Assembly: GCF_964204865.1 (NCBI RefSeq) | Contig: NC_135251.1 | Span: 17,484,001 to 17,548,000 of the forward strand | Origin: Styela clava | Taxonomy: Eukaryota | DNA length: 64,000 bases | Direction: 5' to 3' | Part shown: positions 1 to 11,881 of the stretch, piece by piece | Numbering within the stretch: position 1 is the stretch's first letter | Layout: each line of letters opens with the position of its first letter | Notes under the pieces: generated by a model | The model's database searches: none | What the model saw: only the letters and a program-made list of their open reading frames with translations | What the model was told of the DNA's origin: nothing | Made by a program: the position numbers and the translations under genes

Positions 1-149
1 ACAAAATTTCTCGAGAGCTCAATCATTTTTACTTTGTAATATATTTATTTGTAGCCATATGTCATAAAAGGACAAAAAGAGTTTAAATAAATAACGGATT
101 GTTAACAAACACCTAGTTTAATCAAATTATTCGGAGTCTTGAAAACTTT

Positions 150-236
150 TTATCTGAAAGAGAATGCTTTCGTTTTCGAGGCCTCGCTCGCGTGTCGAAT
201 AAATAGGCTCGCGTGCCAGGGGGTTGCCCACCCCTG
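150..236. mobile_element. Right terminus of a hAT-type non-autonomous element (left end not seen in the window)
   Basis: Ends GGTTGCCCACCCCTG at 236, the same CAGGG-type terminus as other hAT MITEs in the window, with CTCGCGTG subterminal repeats. Start is approximate. Confidence 0.5.
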
Positions 237-654
237 GTATAGGTAATTGGAAACGAAGCCAATATTTAGAAACGAAGCAATGAATTTTCTGCCACCATTC
301 GCGTACCTATCTTTGCGAGCAAGGATTTTCGGCACTGACGATTATTGAAATTAAGGCTCGCAATCGCATCGATTCTAGTGACGATATGCGCATTGCGCTC
401 AGTAAAATAGATCCGTGTATTGAAGAAATATATAGCGCAATGGACGGGAAATTTCAGTTTCACCAATTACACTGAGTCAATAGACTGTTTCTGATGAATT
501 GGATTTTGTATTTGAGTCAAAGAGTACTAACATTAAAAATACATTTTTGATGTTAAAGATTGGGTCGTGAGTATTCATAAATCTCAGATTTGGGTCGCGT
601 TCAAAAAAGTTTAAGAATCACTGACCCATACTGCATCTTAACTATACTATATGT

Positions 655-1518
655 CAGGGTGGTGCAAAGTTGCGAGGTTAAACGGCCGCAAAAAACTTTT
701 GAGGATGAGGAGGTCTCGCGAGCCGCAGTCGGAAAAACCCAAGAGTGATCAAAATATTGAGAGTTTCCTTGCTTCGAATATATTAAAGAATGAGAGTTTA
801 CCGTTCTAATCAGCCTGTTGTTATTTTGCATGGGTGGCGTTTTTTTTATTCTAAGAAAGGTATATCAAGCCTTTAGTTATTTTAAAATTGCTTCCCGAGA
901 AGTACCATGGTATTTGCCGTATTATTTCTCGTATTTGGTTTTGTATTGTCGCTTCAAATTATATTCTTTCGTGACAGATATCACTTGAAGCACACCAGAC
1001 ACTGTGGTTTACCGTTGTTGTGGGCATGGAAATACGTTTCCTCACGGTTTTGCTATGTCAACTTTCTTTTGAGACTCATTTGATGATCAATTGTCATAAC
1101 TGACTGATTTGATAACCTGCAGCGTGAACAGGCCTTGTGCTATCGTCAAAGAATGACCAAGTTTGTCTAAGTTAGGACTTCGGGACCTAGCTAAAAAAAA
1201 CTCGATCGCGCGTCGCTAAGTCAGCGTTACTCCTGTTAGATGGCCCACGCTTAAAAATAGAGTGTTTTACAAAAATAAAGGCACAAAACGTCTCTTCAAA
1301 TAAGGAGTTGCTCGGCGCGAGCTTAATTAAGGTGCAAAGTTGAGACTTATCTTATCGGCTGAGTGTTGTCTGCAAAAGGCATTTCATTTTTCTAGCCAAT
1401 TACTTCATTCAAAAATGTTCTGCCAATAAATACAAATAGTTGCCAATGGTTTAGTATAAGCAAAAAGTATAATTGTTCTGCGGGCCACACGGAATGTGCC
1501 AGGGTTTGGACCCCCTTG
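655..1518. mobile_element. Old hAT-type MITE
   Basis: Starts CAGGGTGGTGCAAAG and ends GTTTGGACCCCCTTG. GCGGGCC/CGGCCGC subterminal motifs. Imperfect 8-bp TSD CTATATGT / CTATTGGT. Confidence 0.5.
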
Positions 1519-1630
1519 CTATTGGTAATGGCGGCATAATCTACACGGGTACCAGCACTGAACCCTTCACTGAATACAAACCTAATGATTCAATATTCGA
1601 AAAATTGAGCAACTTGTACTTTGTTTAAAG

Positions 1631-4600
1631 GTTTGTGATGGTATTGTTGACTGTCGTAACAGCTCGGATGAAACGAAAGAACTTTGCGGCAGTAAAAGAT
1701 TTTTCTGTCCAGCCCTTGGAGGGAAAAAGGTTGCAAAATAAACTCAATATTTCAGAGTATAATAGGGAAACTAGTATTTTGATTCAATCTAAATCTGATT
1801 TTCATGGGGCGTGAATTAGATTTTCATGCCTTCAACTGTAATTTCTTTTGTTTGATGAGGAGCTAATTTATATTTATGTCAATCAAAACATTTTTCACTG
1901 TTACTTACTGTTATTTAATATTGTTTGTTGACGCCACCTTAAAATGCTTGTGACACACGTGTGAGATATTGATATTTGAAGGTTAGCATCGATATTGGAC
2001 TTAAATGCGATTTCTGGATAGCTTGCGATGATGAAACAGATGAAATGAACTGCACTGATGACAGATTCAACTGCGAAAATAAAAAACCGTTATTTGTTCT
2101 GGCAAAGCAGGTAAAATATGTACAAATTATAAGAGAGCATCCGCTTCTGTTCTTCATAATATTTTGATGAACATCTAGGTTAAGTGAATATAGAGGGGCC
2201 TCTGTGACTGGCAAATAATTTTTGATGTCCCGGAGTGTAGTCACATCCACAGCCTGATAGCCGTTTTTGCCACAAGGAGTATATAATTGTAGCATACTTT
2301 GTTTTATTTTTTCAAGGAATTAGATTACAATAGCTCATATATGAGTCATTCATTTAATTCAGACATTTGATGGGCGTGGTGACTGTACCGATTGGAGTGA
2401 TGAATGTCCAACAATTAACCAATCAACTGCAACCGACGGATTCTCTTCAAGATATGACCTTGTTGCAAATCCTATATTGAGAGCGATTGTTTGGATCATG
2501 GGATTGCTATCTATTGGTGGAAATGGGGTGAAAATACATTTGTATTCTATATTTTTATTGTTTCCAATCATATTTGTTTTGTATATTCCAAGTATGCCAA
2601 CAAATGACATTAGTTCTCGGGTTATAATTAAAATCTTGAAAAGACGACTCGACTAATGATTTTAATTGAATCTCCAGAGCCATACATTTGTTGCATTTTA
2701 CTACTTTTGTGTGTTCCATAATTTACAATTCTATATACCAAGTCATTTACATGCCGATCGGTTGGCCAAAGTTGCTTAAGAACATGCCTAAAAAAATCAT
2801 AAAATTTGACAGAACGAAACCTCCAAGAAGTAACCGAATCGATTTCCTGAATACATATTAATAAATCAAATTTGATTAAAGAAAGAAAGGCGTTTTAAAT
2901 TAAATTGTCAGTTTTATAATTTCTTGTCATCCTCAGACCTCTCATGTTCGCCTAATCAATTTAAAATTTACGTTTGTGAGATGGTCTGGTTATTCAGCAA
3001 ACCGGCATTTATTTTTAGCTTGTTATTATTCGTGAAACAAAAAGACTGATGAATAACAAAAGAAAAATGTCGGCAATGATGGTAGCAAACAAATTGTTAA
3101 TTTTGAACTTGGCTTGTTCTGACGTGATCATGGGAATATATCTCTTTTCAATTGGAATTTCTGGACTAGCAATGCAGGTAATACACTGCTCAAATCGTTA
3201 ACTTTGGTAGATAAAAATAACAAAGATTGATATTGAATGCACTCCAACATTATCTGTGTTTCTGCTGCCCAGGGCGAGTTTTTGATAATGATGTACCTTA
3301 TACCTAGGCTTACCATACGTCCCGCTTTAGGCAGGACAGTCCCGCTTTTAAGCATATTGTCACGCCGTCTCGACAAGTCAGTCAAAAGTCCCGCTTTGGC
3401 GTTCAGCCATTCAGCATAATACACGAACGTGTTCTCGTTACTGTTGTTGCTGTGTAGCTCAACACAAGCCTACTTACTGAAGGTGAATGCGTTATTCTGT
3501 TAGTTTCGTTGTTTCCCGCTAACATTGTTAGCAAACGTATCACATGTAAAATTAATTCTAACTGGTCCTGTTCGGACGTTCACGTGAATGTAACATTGAA
3601 CAGCGTCTTTTTGAAGGTGCTATCTACAAAAAAGCATGCTTGGGCGAATAAGTAAATTCTCAATGGTTGAAAACGGCAGACTATTTCATTATTCTTTATT
3701 TTTTTTGCTATACAAAAAAAATCTAAAATCGGATCATTTGTATCGTTATCGTATATTCCTTTCTATTTTTCGAATTGAACCCGATATTTAGACAGAGAAT
3801 ATGCGCATGAACTCTCGATGACAATATGGTAAATAAAGACAGCCGGGATGGCTTTAACTGTAGGCCTATGTAGTAAAATCGGAAACTGTAAAGTTACAGG
3901 ATCACAGCTAGGGGGTCGTGTCTTTGGAGGCGTCTCGCTTTGAAATCAAAAAAATATAGTAACCCTACTTATACCTAACTTCATGAATAATTTGGAGGGA
4001 TAAACAAATTATAAATGTTGGTATATATGAGAATGAATAAATTAAAGGTCAATTAAGAATGAATTGTTTGTATTATTGCGCTAAATCACGCAATGACCAG
4101 AGAAGCACATTGGCGGGGAAAGGCAGTCAGTCATTGCTGATTCATGGACTATGGACTGACTAACATTGCTGAATATGAACCTTTTCTACGTGGGATATTA
4201 AGCAGTTTTATTAAAATAAAAATAAATCAGACAACCATTCCTCTTTTGCAGGGCGTTTATTGCTCAAAAGATTTAATTTGGAGATCCAGTACTACATGCA
4301 CCATACTGGGAGTATTGTCTGTTCTTTCAGGCGAAACTTCAGTTATTACAATGTTGTTGCTGACAAGTTGCCGAATATATTCAATTTATAGAGTGAGACC
4401 TTTTATCATTTCAGTATGACTGTATGAATGCGGAAAGCACCGTTTTTTATTCATTGCTTTGCTATAAATATATTGTCGTTTACATACCGGATCGTATAAA
4501 GATTCGTAAACATTTTCTAACAAAAAGCTGAAATGTTTGAACGTGTCTGTTATCCAATCACAGAACAACTACATTCGAAATGCATTTTTTTTTAAACTTT

Positions 4601-6727
4601 TTTTCTGGCGTAGGCTAAATCAAGTCCAGGACCCAAACTGGACTGTAAATCCAATTCCCGATTCATTTGAGCGTTAGTCGCACTAACCCCTAGTAGGCAT
4701 TCATATATTACTTTTGAAGACACCCAAGTCCTCGATTGTCTGTATACTTACATTAAAACGTTAATTTTCCAGTTACTCTTTCGTAAAAAATTATGAAAAA
4801 GTTTGGTAATTTAACCTCTGCACACTCCATATATACATGGTTGACATACGCGACCAAAGAATAAAACTGCGCTGTCCTGTTTTGTCAACGAGCCTATATT
4901 AATTCATTCGCACTTACAGCCAAATAACTACTAAGTTCTAACTTCTATTTATGAACATCTAGCCTTTCAAATCATCTCGTCATCCACAAAAGAAAACTGT
5001 ATTTTTGATGATATTGCTTGCCTGGGGAATATCCTTATTAATTGCTACACTCCCGCTGTCACCAAGTTTATCTGGAATGTTCGTCAGCCATGCAGAATTT
5101 GAGTATTCTCCATATTCTTCAAACGCAACTGTTACACAAGACAACACTAAAACACTTTTTAAGAGACTTCTTACATATGATCTGAAACCGAATACGACAT
5201 TTCCAGGTGATGAGACTAGTAGACCTCTGCCTCGAAAAGTGTTGTTATTGACTTTAAAAGCCCTACTTTGAGACCACAAGTTAAAAAAAAACCAAAATAT
5301 ATACTGCAGTTATGTACATCAAATATATTTGATCCAAAACATATGAGCAAGAAATTATGCAAAATTCATAATTTTTCTTAATTTACTTAATTTTTACTAG
5401 TCAAATGATAAGTTTAGCCACAATATGCTGTCCTGTAACTGGAATTATTCCAATATATATTTATTTAGATAACCTCAAAATTATATTTGGACAGGTTTTA
5501 TAGACGAGTTTGCAGAACTACATCATTATTTTAAAGATCTTCATGTATAGAAAATCGAATCTCGTTCATTAATATTTTGTTTCCAATTCCAGACAAGTTT
5601 TCAGTCACCAACTTTCAGTCATGGAAAGATATTGAATCCGAATCAAAAAAGTATTTTAACCATGAACATTTCAAGATTAAGAGAACATTTGGGTAAAATA
5701 TTCATTGAATAATCACCATTTTTTGCACTGTAAACTGTGTGAACACCATTATGTTGAAGTAAGAATGTTCGACAACGCGATGTCGTAGCCGGAGTCGATT
5801 TTTTTTTCAATCTGAATCTGATTTCAAGACGTTGGTCAACTAGTAATCGGCTACTTTTTAAAGAATTGGAAATCAGGAGTGTGAGAAGTAACTTCATTCA
5901 AACTCCACAGTTTTAGTTAAATAATGGGTTAAAAATGCTAGAGTTCAGGGTTTCTGAAACAAAGCCAAAATAGTTACAATTTGCTGCAATACTTTCTGAT
6001 CTATATTTTTTATAAATTCTGCCTGTAAATGGATCCGGTGATTTGATAAAACCATACCAAAATGTAACAAAAAGGTAATTTCTTATCTTCAGATTGCAGT
6101 AAATCAAGTTCTGTTATTTTCAGGTATTATAGTGTCGACAGCGTTTGCATCCCCAAATTTTTTGTGTCTAAAGAAGATCGTGCTTGGCCTTTCTCTTTCG
6201 CTGTTAACGTTTTCAACTTTTTTGCTTTCGTGTTTGTTGCATTCTCCTACGTCGCAATTTATATCAAATCAAGCGAAAAAACAAGTCTACGAAAATCTTC
6301 ATTGTCTAATGATAGAGACGATGAAAATAGAAGTAAGAGAAATTTCAAATGTTTTTTCGTTCCTCATATTTTTAGAGTGTTCTAACTTTTTTTTAATAAA
6401 TTTTTTCATTCTCGGTTATTTTCAGCAATGCAGCTGAAAATTCTCCGACTCATCATAACTGACTTCTGTTGTTGGATACCGATCTGTATCATGGCCTTCT
6501 GTAAACTAGGAGGAGCAAATGTTTCAAATACAGCATATGTCGTCGCAGCAATCGTGCTTCTACCGATTAACAGTGCATTAAATCCAGTTCTGTATTCAGA
6601 CCTGCCAGATGCTTTATATAAGAAAGTGACCACTGGATTTAATGAAATCACAAGCTTGACAAGTTCTTTTTTCACCGCGTCGACCAGTATAAACGTGAGA
6701 ACAAATGGTGAAGAAAGTACGTTGTAA
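1631..6727 (+). CDS. Multi-LDLa, LRR-less RXFP/LGR-like (GRL101-related) class A GPCR, copy A; 5' part not in window
   Basis: Phase-consistent GT-AG exons 1631-1729, 1982-2110, 2363-2527, 3019-3177, 4252-4392, 4963-5206, 5593-5692, 6124-6332, 6426-6727. They encode LDLa motifs (VCDGIVDCRNSSDE, CDFWIACDDETDEMNC, FDGRGDCTDWSDEC), hinge/TM1 DGFSSRYDLVANPILRAIVWIMGLLSIGGN, TM2 LNLACSDVIMGIYL, ECL2 YYSVDSVCIP, TM6 DFCCWIP and TM7 PINSALNPVLY. Exon lengths match B and C. Confidence 0.9.
3305..3967. mobile_element. hAT-type MITE (TAGGGTTACCA-like TIR) in a gene A intron
   Basis: TIRs TAGGCTTACCATA / TATAGTAACCCTA. Perfect 8-bp TSD CTTATACC (3297-3304, 3968-3975). Empty site in paralog D at ~62656-62663. 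Confidence 0.85.
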
Positions 6728-9700
6728 GGACGGATTGGTGACAAGGAACAATCTAAAAAAAAAAAAAAAAATAAGAATTTTTTTTATCTCATGACGAGAT
6801 GGCGGAGACTACTATTTGTTCTATATGTAGTGTTATATAAAATATTATCGTTCAAATTTATTTGTACAAAATTCATAAATGTAAATTATATAATTTTTTT
6901 TGTATGTATCAAGAAAATCTAGCTCCCAGACTGCATCTGTGTTGATGATCTGGTATTTCACTCAGGAGTCTGTAGTTCGTAATTTAGGAACGTATACGTA
7001 CGAAACGTATACAGACTCTATATATTACCTGCATGAAGAACATTGAAATCAAACTAGCAGGCGCCATGGGGCCGATGCAGTCAAACATCGCAAGATTCAA
7101 AATTGTCAGATATTTTAAATTTGATTGAAAAGAAGATGATGATATGTTTGTTTACATGCTATAGAGCGAATGAATTACTCCCGGAAACATTTTTTACCCA
7201 GCATGCCAACATCATAATATTTACGAGGACAGTTTCATTTCTGATGGAAGAATGTGCATAATTCTTCAAGGTGGTGCGATTCGCGCTTGAAAATTACTAT
7301 TCTAGATTCTTACAATGTTATCTATCGGATAAACGTGCAGTTATTCAATAAACTATTCAGATATTAAGAACAGGATCATTCAAATCCACGGACAAATAGC
7401 CATGTATACGTAATTTTACTGTGTGGCCCAGTGATTTTTAGGTGAATATCAAGGTGGTGAGAAATTGCGCTAACTTGCAAGCTACATCGTGATCACAAGA
7501 ATTAGCTGAAAGCACACTTTTTGATGAAATCACTGATATAGATTATATATAATTAAATTGCATTTTTAATTCGCTATACATAACTAACAGCCAACAGTTT
7601 ATTTGAACTGAAATGCAAGCACATTTAATTTTCAAAATCCATCAATGAGAAAAATGCACCCTATTGGTTTGGCAATCTTCGAGTCATTGAGTTAGGAATC
7701 AGGAGATCTATTCTTTGTTGAGAATCTCATCAAAGGCAGCAAACGTATGCCGAGGAACATCTATATTTGATTTTGTTGACCTTTATATATAATATATTCA
7801 TACATGAAAATTATTCCAGTAGAGGGGACCTTTTAAGTAAACCAACGCCTTCTCGTAGAACATAATTTTTCCTTTCCGCATTTAAATTGTCAAAAGTATA
7901 TATTACAAATAATGTTTTCAGGTAACAAAACTCTATGCAGAATAGTACGAATCGGAATTTTTCGCATTTTATTGGCTTGTGGCTTCCGCTGGCATTGCAC
8001 GTTACGATGACACGCCGTCCGCTGTTTGCCGCCCTAAACATTAACTAATGTATAAGTACCCAAGTGAGTTTTGTTCTTATCTACAGTAGCTCTAGAAGGG
8101 CATCATATATATTGCGTTGAATACTGTTTTATTATGACATCATTACTTGCTGTTTTGAAACTTACGGAATGTATCAGCTTGTTTATAACATCAACAAACA
8201 TCATTTCAACTATAATGAATAATTAAATTTCTATGTGAATTAATTGAAAGTAATTCAATTTTATTTCCTTTTTTGACAATAAAAAAAGATTGAATTGGTG
8301 GAATCGTATATAACAACATACTGATTCGTACATACTGGAGGTAGAAAGGTTGTTTTTGCCAATGAAGCTACGTTTGATGAATGCTTGCAAGATGTAGATG
8401 GTAGAAGGTTGTTTGTTGTTAAAACTTAGGACCATGAATGACCTGGTATTTAGCTTAGAAAAAGTTGTTTAAAGTCGGGTCGGATTTTTTGAATAGAATA
8501 GCGATTAGATTGAGATTTGTTGGAAATTGTTTAAAGATATCTTCTTTGTATATATAACATTTCGGGACGTCTTCAAATATATTGAATTGAAGCGATATTG
8601 AATTTCTTCAAGTTATTTGAAATATACGAGTCTGAAAAAATTTCAACTCTGATCTCGTTGTCATGGTTAGTGAGTTTGGTTCTGAGAATTTTTCAGTAGG
8701 TAGTCAAGCACTCAGTGCACACCAGTGCCCATCAACGACATATATATCGGTGTTTGTGACACCCAGCAAAACTGTTTTTATATTAAAATTTCCGAAACAT
8801 CGAAGTTCAGTTTCATGAAAACTAATATGGAAACGCCGCTCGGTTACCATTTATTGTGCTTAAGTGCCTTTGTTGTTTTGTTAGCAATTAAATGAAAGAA
8901 ACTTTCAAAACGTCTTTCTGATGAACTTTATCAAATTTTCACGTCTTATGACTATAGAAGTGGCCATTACTACTATAGGGGCTATTGATCCTTTCTGCGT
9001 GTCCACACCCCCGTGTTATTGAACACACGTTAACAGAGTGTAACTCCGATCTGAACTCCCTCAGAGTTCAATAAGCACACAATGTACTGAATGCCGATGT
9101 TTTTATATTGTAAAGATGCACAATCCAATTGGTCCAAGTAACAGGTAGCGAATTACACTTAAAACCTTAATGCAGTTATGTGATGAAACCAAATTACTAA
9201 CTAACAAAGAACGCTCAAGACAAGCAACACTGAGCGAGGGAAATAAATCCTGAAGGAAATAAACTAGAGCAAGGACCTTGTTTCAGGCGAATAACATGCA
9301 CTATTATCAATACGTGGTGAAAATATTAAAATATACAGTGACTACCCCAATGTACTCGCTACACTACTTGGCTTACGGACACATGGCTTACGGACACAAC
9401 AGTAAAGGTTTTTCAACTCCAAATACGACTTGTGCTTCCGACTACAATACTGTACTGTACATTACTCTACAAGTAAATTTCTAAGGGTTTCATAGTTTGA
9501 TCGTTGGTAAAAAGTACCAAATCAAGTCTCAGTTATACTGTATATTAACTGTTGTTGGTATATATCAATTTTACTCGACACGTATATAAATTATGTCTTC
9601 AACAACGCGTATTAAAATGTGATAGTGTCTTTCGTATAGATCATTTACATGAAGTTAACCAAAATTTAGTTTAATTACTCTGACATGACAATGTACCATG

Positions 9701-11881
9701 TAGTGTTGTCAGATTAACCTATACCATCAGCATATTGATTTCATATGACCTTAAATTCTGAACAGTATTCTAAATTTAAACTGTATTTTGAATTCCATTC
9801 AGTGTTATAGCCAGCGACGTCTTATTCTGTAACAGAAGTCAGGCTTTTATTTCAGTAAATGTGTCGGTATGAATTATATTCTATTCGGCTGTGCGTAAGA
9901 ATTATGCAGATTAAGACTGGACACAGAGGGAAATAAGTTTTTATGCGCGGGGAATATAAAATATGTGGCTACTTTGAATGAGTTGTATTTTACTGTACGT
10001 CGTAATGACGAATACGTATCTATATTTATCACTCGTCTGAATGTATGTTTTACGTCTCCAATCTGTGCACGATCAGTGTTACAAATATAAATTACATATT
10101 AGACAGGTAAATGCCGAAGAAGTATGCTTAACAGTTTTATACCTTTCAATAATATATATAGAATAGGTTTAAATGAAGAAACGAGTGTGTCGATTGAAGT
10201 GATATTTTTATAAATAGGTATGACCGTATGAGTAGGATATTGGATTGTATATGCACACGTTTTTCGGAACATAAGCCTACTAAATGCAATTTTTTGTCAT
10301 CGAGAGGAGCTACAATCGCAGTGGATATAACCTGCTAGAATACAATTCTATCAACGAAAGCATCGTTTTGTCATCGAGGGTCAGCTATGGACAGTCACAC
10401 ATGCTCGGCTATTTCACCAAAGTTACAGAGTTGATTGACAAAATGACAACTTTCAAGGCAGTCCTGAATTGAAATATTACGCCTACAAATCACTCCTCAC
10501 CGCAGTTGTTTGCAGCCCCTGGGAGACATTCTTGCCCTACACTGATCGCATGTTGTCGACCTATTCTTCGTGTAAAAAGTGAACACAATAATATATACAT
10601 TGCAAATACAGTGAGTGACGCGGTGATATGTGCATTAGGTAGTCTGTCAAGGATGAAATTATGCCCAAGGCTACGGTTCCTATGGAAAAACGGTTCCTAC
10701 GGTTCCTTGTAACTGGTGGATAACCAACCACAAGTTCGATAAGATGTTAATGATAAAAACCGTTTTAACAGTTGTCAACACAAAGATACTTATTTATTAT
10801 ATATATACGCGTTTCCTGTTGCTTACAATTGCTTTCCTGATTGAGCATCAGTCGACGCTTGCGACAGATGACCGTTGTATTGATGCATAGCGGAAGCGTT
10901 TGCATGGTTTACAAGACGCTATCTTTCCAACTACGCAGCAGATTATTGGTGTTTTAGAAAACAGAATTTTGAGCAACCTTTTCTAAGGCACTAGCGATAA
11001 TACTTAAGGAGGAATCATGAAATACAGAAGACTAGACACAATTGTGGATAGCCACGGTTCGTCACACTTACTGGACACCAATAGTTTTGTAATTCGATAA
11101 TATCCTGGATTAAAGCTGAATTTGATCTAGCAGAATTAAGTTTCTGAAAGCGCCATCAAGAGATGAGCGTATGGTAGAAACTGTACCGTTTTTGTTGTTC
11201 TATAGTTTTGCAAATACAATTACCTGAAAAGCACTGATCAGTGATAAAGATTTTGCAATAACAATTTCTGTGTATTAACAGGCAGACACAGTCACAGTGC
11301 AACTATGTTGTCGAACGAGTTGGTATGCGAAATAATTAGAATAGGCCTGAAAACTTTTTTGTCTGTTTTATTTGAAGTTACAAACAATAAAGGGTTAGGA
11401 ATAATTTATTCGATTGTTATTTTCGTTCTCATATTATACAGTTTTCGTGCGACTGAAGTGCATTCGACTTATCCCAATTATCATACAAGTATTATGAACT
11501 GAAAATATTGTTTATCTATATTATTTAAACAGTTTTGATGACAATCACACAGTGTCTTGAAATATTAATAACTTGGAGTCAACACCTTACAGTTTTCGGC
11601 TGATTATTTTGGATATTTGAGAAGAAAATTGCTACATAAAACTAACAAAATATGACAATATCCAAAACTTCGTTTTGTAGTACCAATATTCGAAATGGAC
11701 AAACAAAATATATTTTCCGATTATTGGTGACATGTTTTTGCAAAAAAGTAACTTCGCTTATTCTTTTACAGAAAATGGTAGTTTAAGTTATGTTATAACA
11801 AATAATTCGAAGTACGTAAAATTACCTCGGGTAACTTCATGCACACCTCTAAAATTGTGGAAAATAATACTCAAAACAAAA

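Noticed and set aside
1-1630. Idea that gene A is a naturally short three-LDLa receptor because A and D both begin at the VCDG exon
   Set aside because: No start or signal exon found. The upstream DNA is TE-filled and compatible with an intron, and D is cut by a rearrangement. Cannot be decided within the window.
7000-8450. Possible decayed minus-strand gene and CCAAT/ETS/GC-box promoter-like block (7965-8035; copy at ~30405-30460)
   Set aside because: Some splice-like signals, but all frames are interrupted and no motif was recognised. Conservation is explained by the duplication.
9370-9398. Short tandem repeat TGGCTTACGGACACA x2; also AACAACAACAAAATAACAAAACGAT x2 at ~61836-61923
   Set aside because: Two-copy local duplications with no array or spacer structure; not CRISPR-like.
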